In this document: piece by piece, positions 61,201 to 64,000 of the stretch | Layout of the letters: each line of letters opens with the position of its first letter | How positions within the stretch are numbered: position 1 is the first letter of the stretch | Assembly (NCBI GenBank): GCA_044344255.1 | Contig: JBIJDH010000016.1 | Location: 32,001 to 96,000, forward strand | DNA length: 64,000 nucleotides | Direction of reading: 5' to 3' | DNA from: Myxococcota bacterium | Lineage (GTDB): Bacteria; Myxococcota_A; UBA796; UBA2385 | Made by a program: the position numbers and the translations under genes | The notes under the pieces: model-generated | The model's database searches: none | Told to the model about the DNA's origin: nothing | The model's input: the letters and a program-made list of their open reading frames with translations, nothing else

Positions 61201-61352
61201 AGGGGCGGGGCCGCACGGTCTCCCAGCGGGTGGACCCGGCAACCCTCCACCTCGATCGGGGGGAGCTCCAGCGGGGCATTCGCGTCGATGCGCTCGGTGA
61301 TCGCCGTCCGCCCTTCTTCGAACTGCTGTTCATCGAGCTTTTTGTCGGACAT
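55218..61352 (-). CDS. Multidomain fusion: alpha/beta-hydrolase-like + catalase-like heme domain + FAD oxidoreductase + fatty acyl-AMP ligase + ACP + thioesterase
   Basis: GLGFGG/NSLHP; RGSHPKTHG, RFSS, DVRGVGLK, NRSRRAVY; IVGGGASG..RLGGHA, HEDAVVTG; LQFTSGSTADPKG, YGLAEH, RTGDLGF, PKTTSGK; LDS (ACP Ser codon 56109-56111); HPAGG, GYSFGG, GGHF. Confidence 0.9.
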   Translation of the reverse strand: MSDKKLDEQQFEEGRTAITERIDANAPLELPPIEVEGCRVHPLGDRAAPPLLLISLPPEPEGFGRGLAEALAARFFVLFVPRLDAPGRSARLSDLAQRGAAILRAVTRERAVAVGLGFGGEVALRLAAADPAALRALFAVNSLHPGCFTADRGLSVRLAEATAYVADLLDPSLPRRAAARDPEAEALLSSFWAADRGAADRALAVTRALQEGDHAERVHRLYAENFSWSEAPGRFTAQDVDRPTAFGRRVAAIREGAPRHMVLPREGGAVPMVETPTFWLYTGARGVPAEAADPGLLRRFLPHPRVERWPEADQGVAEAAPAVVAAQIESFIDDVLTEHRLAREAERDRGVEAKDSRHIVEQYDKKIRDFRAPEAPLAGKALRGSHPKTHGVVSARLVVRPDLEEELQVGLFAEPGRAYPALLRFSSLGKPQLGWFHDRDPDVRGVGLKLLEAPPVRGEEAATHTLADLLLNVVPILSTRRGRDVVPQDLDFMKLEHLLRYAEELVVPDLLAASYYSQTPYRYGPGRAVKYRLRPRPLPPGATVKVDESEPRFLRSRLEAALRGATSDVLFDLLIQPQTDPVRDPIEDPRVQWTGPERVVATLHIPPQAINAPEDRARDEQLSFHLFHVPQAHAPMGAVNRSRRAVYDSSPALRNQLNQATARLFPPRAAPRRVAIVGGGASGLTAALALATHGHAVTVIEHKPRLGGHAQSVELEDGHSVDPGFGSFTGGAYPNVLRLMDTLGVETEALGSFKEAETFFSLDGKRRWRRIEDITVHRSVLEEAARFDPWAVLEDEQLDFVTARAYFERMGFSEAFIHYWFLGSMIFVFVGHPADYYLDYPIRELVRYCYLPVVLAGREPVLRAKRGSGAYIDRFRQRLSELGVEFHTGTRATALRRDARGVRLSLEPVTEREGAPAHPRREADWDELILAVAPHRALEVLGATVDPEERALLGAFQHTVDTAVVHRDPRLMPRDRAGWAHGNTIVPDEGEVHGRERAFHFTKWALCNKDRQTDVFSTYAYNRDLQPKGGRRVAMEHVKVTPEVVRLRRQIEARQGLRSTTLCGSWLRAFTLHEDAVVTGLQAANRVMAGLQEYPVVQPYTLDRPGARVPWGERHTILDVLVYQAQVAGTRPALTFLGPKLEPEAALRHGEVWERSRAIAEALRGRWGLSPGDRALLVYLPGVDFVLGLLGCLIAGVVPVPIYPPDPSNLKYDLDKIRSIATASGARHALSTRPYRRMTQVGTIFSPLSLFKWPKDLAWHTTDDLPAVASGPLPAWNPGPDDLAFLQFTSGSTADPKGVMISHGNLMHQLRVAAQALQIDGDTVGVCWVPQYHDLGLIGGIFNALYSGAHYVFTSPLTFLADPSSWGEMLHRYKATATASPDFGYRLLARRSTPEQRARWDWSALRQVMSAGEPVSWETVRDFTHTFASTGLDPAAFQPAYGLAEHVVAVTMNGSRLFHLDKVALQLEGRIRFGTTRVVGCGKPPESVRVAIIHPETRHRADPDEVGEIWVSSPSRALGYWGRPEESAATFAARIEGEGEGEGETYLRTGDLGFLHHGELFITGRAKDLIILRGRNIAPVDVERAAEGAHKALRPGCSAAFVVEGPEGERLVLVAELRERRLSRGEADSIAAAVRREVMKAEGVRVAELSLLEPRSLPKTTSGKVRRRECARRYREGALLVVERVAGESAAEVAAGPPIGGPIGGPLGGTLGGNSAGVEALILFALFEVTRKELDPDRPVGEQVDLDSIEALDLVNLLRERLGVDLPVTALAEHKTVRALSAWVRARPDARLPDPALVTLHRGGESGGPPLILVHPAGGGLSCYLDLAHRWQGSLFGLQQLAPAASVGELAARYIAALPAEATAGPLLLGGYSFGGTVAREMAEQLEAAGRSVLGFIAIDELHEEPAEIAASPYGPELGVLLTVCRERLPAADTREMLALLRRGPLSIEAAVASIADRELQAAVGQEVRQWLENARLSAAHRPSHTFSGPSALLATASCVNHHQSRFGRVLPIPGGHFDTLRPPHVDAVVEALFAAIEGFGGPR

Positions 61353-61561
61353 GCGGGGGCCTCTTCGACGGACGTTCAGCACGATGACACGGCGGAGCGG
61401 CGCTCGCGAGAGGATCTCACCCTCCAGGGATATGCCACAGCGCCCCGGATTATCATCCTCGCCGGTCCGCGCCGCGCCGGTCCGCGCTGCTGCGTCCTGC
61501 GCGGGAGGTCCGGTGGGGGGCTCATCGGTGGGTGTGTCTTCGTGGGAACGGGGGGTTGACG

Positions 61562-64000
61562 GTGAGCTCTGTCTTGGAAGTCCTCTCGGCGGTGTCGAGC
61601 CGAGCCTTGCTTTGGGGCCTGATCCCGCGGGGAATGGGCCTCGGCTACCTGCTCTGTTTCCTCCCGCTGTTCCCCCAGCTCTTGCCTTGGATCGGCGCCC
61701 GGGGGGTGATGCCGGCCGCAGACCTCCAGGCGGCGCTCCGGCGCGACACCCCCTGGCTCGGACGCCTCCGGCACAACCCGAGCTTGCTCTGGCTGGCAGA
61801 CTCCGACCGTGCCCTCCAGGGATGGCTGGCGCTCGGCGTCCTCGGCGCCAGCCTCGGGGTGGTCGGGGGCCTCTCGGGGCGGGTGGGCCTCGGGCTGGCC
61901 TTCCTCGTACATCTGAGCTTCAAGCGCGCCGCGCGGATGTACTACCCCTGGGACAACCTCCTCGCTGAGCTCGGCTTCTTGGCCCTCTTCTTGCCGACGG
62001 TGCCGCTGCTGCCTGCCCTCTCCGCGAGTGCGCTCCCTTCGCCCCTGCTCATCTTCGCCTTCCATTGGCTGTTGTTCCGGGTGGTCTTCGGCTTCGGGAA
62101 GACCAAGTTCTACGGGGTCACCCGGCAGGACTGGCTATACCTAAGGTATTTCCTGCTCAACATCCCCATCGTCACCAGAGTGGGGTGGTGGGCCAGCCGC
62201 CTGCCCGATCCGTTCATCCTGCTCGGACTCGTGTCGGTGGGGGTGGTGGAGCTCCTGGCGCCGCCCTTCCTGCTCTTCCCCGGGGCGGGCCGCCTGCTCG
62301 CCGCCGCCGCCATCGTCGCGCAGATGGGCGTCATTCAGGCGACGGGCAACTTCGGATATTTCAATGTGCTCTGTCTGGTGCTCTGCGCCGCCTGCCTCGA
62401 CACGGGCTCGAGCCTGCTCGACGCCGCCCAGGGCGGCCTGCTGTTCGAGCCCGAGCATCTGCCCTTCACCCTCGCCTTCGCCGTGATCTTCCCGGTGTCC
62501 GTGGCCGCGCTGGCCTTCAACAACTGGTTCAATTGTGCCTGGACGGAGTGGCCGGGCTTCCAGCGCCTTCGGCTGGGGCCCATCCGGGCCTGGGTCGCGC
62601 TCTGCCGGTGGGTCGAGCCCCTCCAGGTGGTGCACAGCTACGGCGTCTTCCGGGCCAGCCCGGCCCCGCCCGTCCGCTGGGTGACCACCGTGGAGGGTCG
62701 GATGTCCCCCACGGAGCCCTGGCGGCCCTTTCGCTGGCGTTGGACCCAGACCGACGCCCGGAGCACGCCCCGCTTCGTGGCCCCGCACCACCCCCGCCTC
62801 GACCACCTCTCCTTCTACGATGGGGTGGGCGTCGATGGCACGGGCTGGTTCCACGTCGTGAGCTTCGCCGATCCCTATCGGTTCAGCCGCGCGAGCCTGC
62901 TGGATCTCACGATGCACCGCCTCCAGGAGCCGGCCTCACCCGTCCGGCGCCTCTTCGCTGACGATCCCTTCGGCGGCCAGCCCCCCGCCGAGGTGCGGGC
63001 GGGCCTGTACCGCTTCTCTCCCACCACGCCGGCGCGCTTGCGAGAGACGGGCCAATACTGGGACGTCGCCCCCGTCGGCGATCACCTCCCGCCCTCCACC
63101 GGCGACTCCACGCTCTTCGCCGAGGCCAACCCGCCGCCGGAGCTGTGGCACTGGGAGGCGGTGCGCTGGCGCGGTCGGGCGCGAGTGGTCGCGGGGCTGT
63201 CCGCTGAAGCGGCCGCGCGCTTCTGGGAGGTGCTCCTGCCCTTCGTCCGCGAGCAGGCCGCCCTGGCTGGAGGAGGGGGGGAGCCCTACACCTGGGGTAC
63301 CCTCCCCACGGTGGCCCTGGCGCTGCGACAGCGCTTCAGCCGGGAGGAGCTGCGGGCCTTCGAGCTCAGCCATGGGCGCCTGCTCGTCGCCCAGCTCAGC
63401 CGCTTGGACGCCGTCTTCCGTCAGCCCGCGCGCCATTTCCTCCGCGACGTGGTGGGCATCGGCGTCGCCTCCGCGCCCGCCCCCTCGCCCGATCCGACGA
63501 CCGAGGCCGAGGCCTGCCTCCAGGCCCTCGCCGCCTGGCCCTTTGGCGGGCTGCGCAGCTCGTTCCGGCAAGGGATGGCGGTGTCCTGGTGCATGCTCCG
63601 AGAGGGGGAGGCTGGCTGGGCGGCCCTCTCGGGCCACCGCTTCGAGGCGGGAGCGCCCATCCCCACCTTCGCGCCCACCCCGCGCCTCGGCGCAGGCGGG
63701 ATGGCGGGGGTCGCCGCGGCGCTCGGGGTGGACGTGCCCCGCCTCGCCGCGCTCGGGGCCTCGCTCCGTGTGCCGGCGGGCATGTTTCTCCAGGGCGTGC
63801 TCGACTATGACACCCTCGCCCGCACGAGCGCCCGCATCGCGGTGCTCTACTCCTCCGATGACAGCTACAGCCCCGTGCCCACTGGCCTCGTGCCGGGCAG
63901 CTTTGACCTCGCCTGGGAGCTCCGGGCGAACCCGCTGCCCCCCATCCTGGGCTACGGCGCGGCGGCGCGGCGGGCGCCCGCCCTGGTGCCGCCGCGGATG
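61562..64000 (+). CDS. Lipase maturation factor (LMF) family membrane protein with C-terminal extension, truncated by the window edge
   Basis: Hand translation: G..YL..F.....Q...IG..G..P, YPWDNLLAELGF, WLLFRV.FG.GK.K, TGNFGYFNVL, SYGVF, APHHPRLD, DPF...PP..VRA.LYRF. I saw no stop before 64000. Confidence 0.9.
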   Translation, partial: MSSVLEVLSAVSSRALLWGLIPRGMGLGYLLCFLPLFPQLLPWIGARGVMPAADLQAALRRDTPWLGRLRHNPSLLWLADSDRALQGWLALGVLGASLGVVGGLSGRVGLGLAFLVHLSFKRAARMYYPWDNLLAELGFLALFLPTVPLLPALSASALPSPLLIFAFHWLLFRVVFGFGKTKFYGVTRQDWLYLRYFLLNIPIVTRVGWWASRLPDPFILLGLVSVGVVELLAPPFLLFPGAGRLLAAAAIVAQMGVIQATGNFGYFNVLCLVLCAACLDTGSSLLDAAQGGLLFEPEHLPFTLAFAVIFPVSVAALAFNNWFNCAWTEWPGFQRLRLGPIRAWVALCRWVEPLQVVHSYGVFRASPAPPVRWVTTVEGRMSPTEPWRPFRWRWTQTDARSTPRFVAPHHPRLDHLSFYDGVGVDGTGWFHVVSFADPYRFSRASLLDLTMHRLQEPASPVRRLFADDPFGGQPPAEVRAGLYRFSPTTPARLRETGQYWDVAPVGDHLPPSTGDSTLFAEANPPPELWHWEAVRWRGRARVVAGLSAEAAARFWEVLLPFVREQAALAGGGGEPYTWGTLPTVALALRQRFSREELRAFELSHGRLLVAQLSRLDAVFRQPARHFLRDVVGIGVASAPAPSPDPTTEAEACLQALAAWPFGGLRSSFRQGMAVSWCMLREGEAGWAALSGHRFEAGAPIPTFAPTPRLGAGGMAGVAAALGVDVPRLAALGASLRVPAGMFLQGVLDYDTLARTSARIAVLYSSDDSYSPVPTGLVPGSFDLAWELRANPLPPILGYGAAARRAPALVPPRM

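Noticed and set aside
61420..61440. Possible sigma54 promoter for the megaenzyme (TGGCATATCCCTGGA on the minus strand)
   Set aside because: It lacks the conserved -12 GC at the required spacing.

Overview
High-GC bacterial DNA. The gene content (Uma2 nuclease, MopE-type repeats, caspase/FGE/DUF4384 proteins, Ser/Thr kinase) suggests Myxococcota/deltaproteobacteria; this is an inference. There are three blocks. (1) Positions 1-1595 hold a truncated Uma2 endonuclease gene and trpS. (2) A ~31 kb accessory island (2084-32990) is bounded by a duplicated 3' end of a lipoprotein gene: a decayed copy at 1672-2083 and an intact copy at 32464-32990. The island encodes almost only exported proteins: three signal-peptide caspase-like (C14) proteases, three FGE/C-lectin-fold proteins, three LPP20/DUF4384-like paralogs, an OmpA-like protein, a large TPR protein, a MopE/beta-helix lipoprotein, a membrane Ser/Thr kinase, and a secreted protein whose N-terminal domain has a gasdermin-like pattern. 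Three sigma54 -24/-12 promoters, matching upstream boxes and an island-encoded sigma54 activator point to a self-contained regulon. Two transposase relics and a truncated second activator are also present. (3) Positions 32464-64000 hold core-like genes (dipeptidase, Nfu, acyl-CoA dehydrogenase, epimerase and others) and a hypothetical-vWA-vWA-P1B-ATPase operon. They also hold a long operon encoding a ~2040-aa six-domain fatty-acid-modifying fusion (alpha/beta-hydrolase-like, catalase-like, FAD oxidoreductase, FAAL, ACP, thioesterase), an acyltransferase, a desaturase and the Hen1-Pnkp RNA repair pair. A lipase-maturation-factor gene is transcribed divergently from it. All calls come from motif reading by eye; no searches were run.
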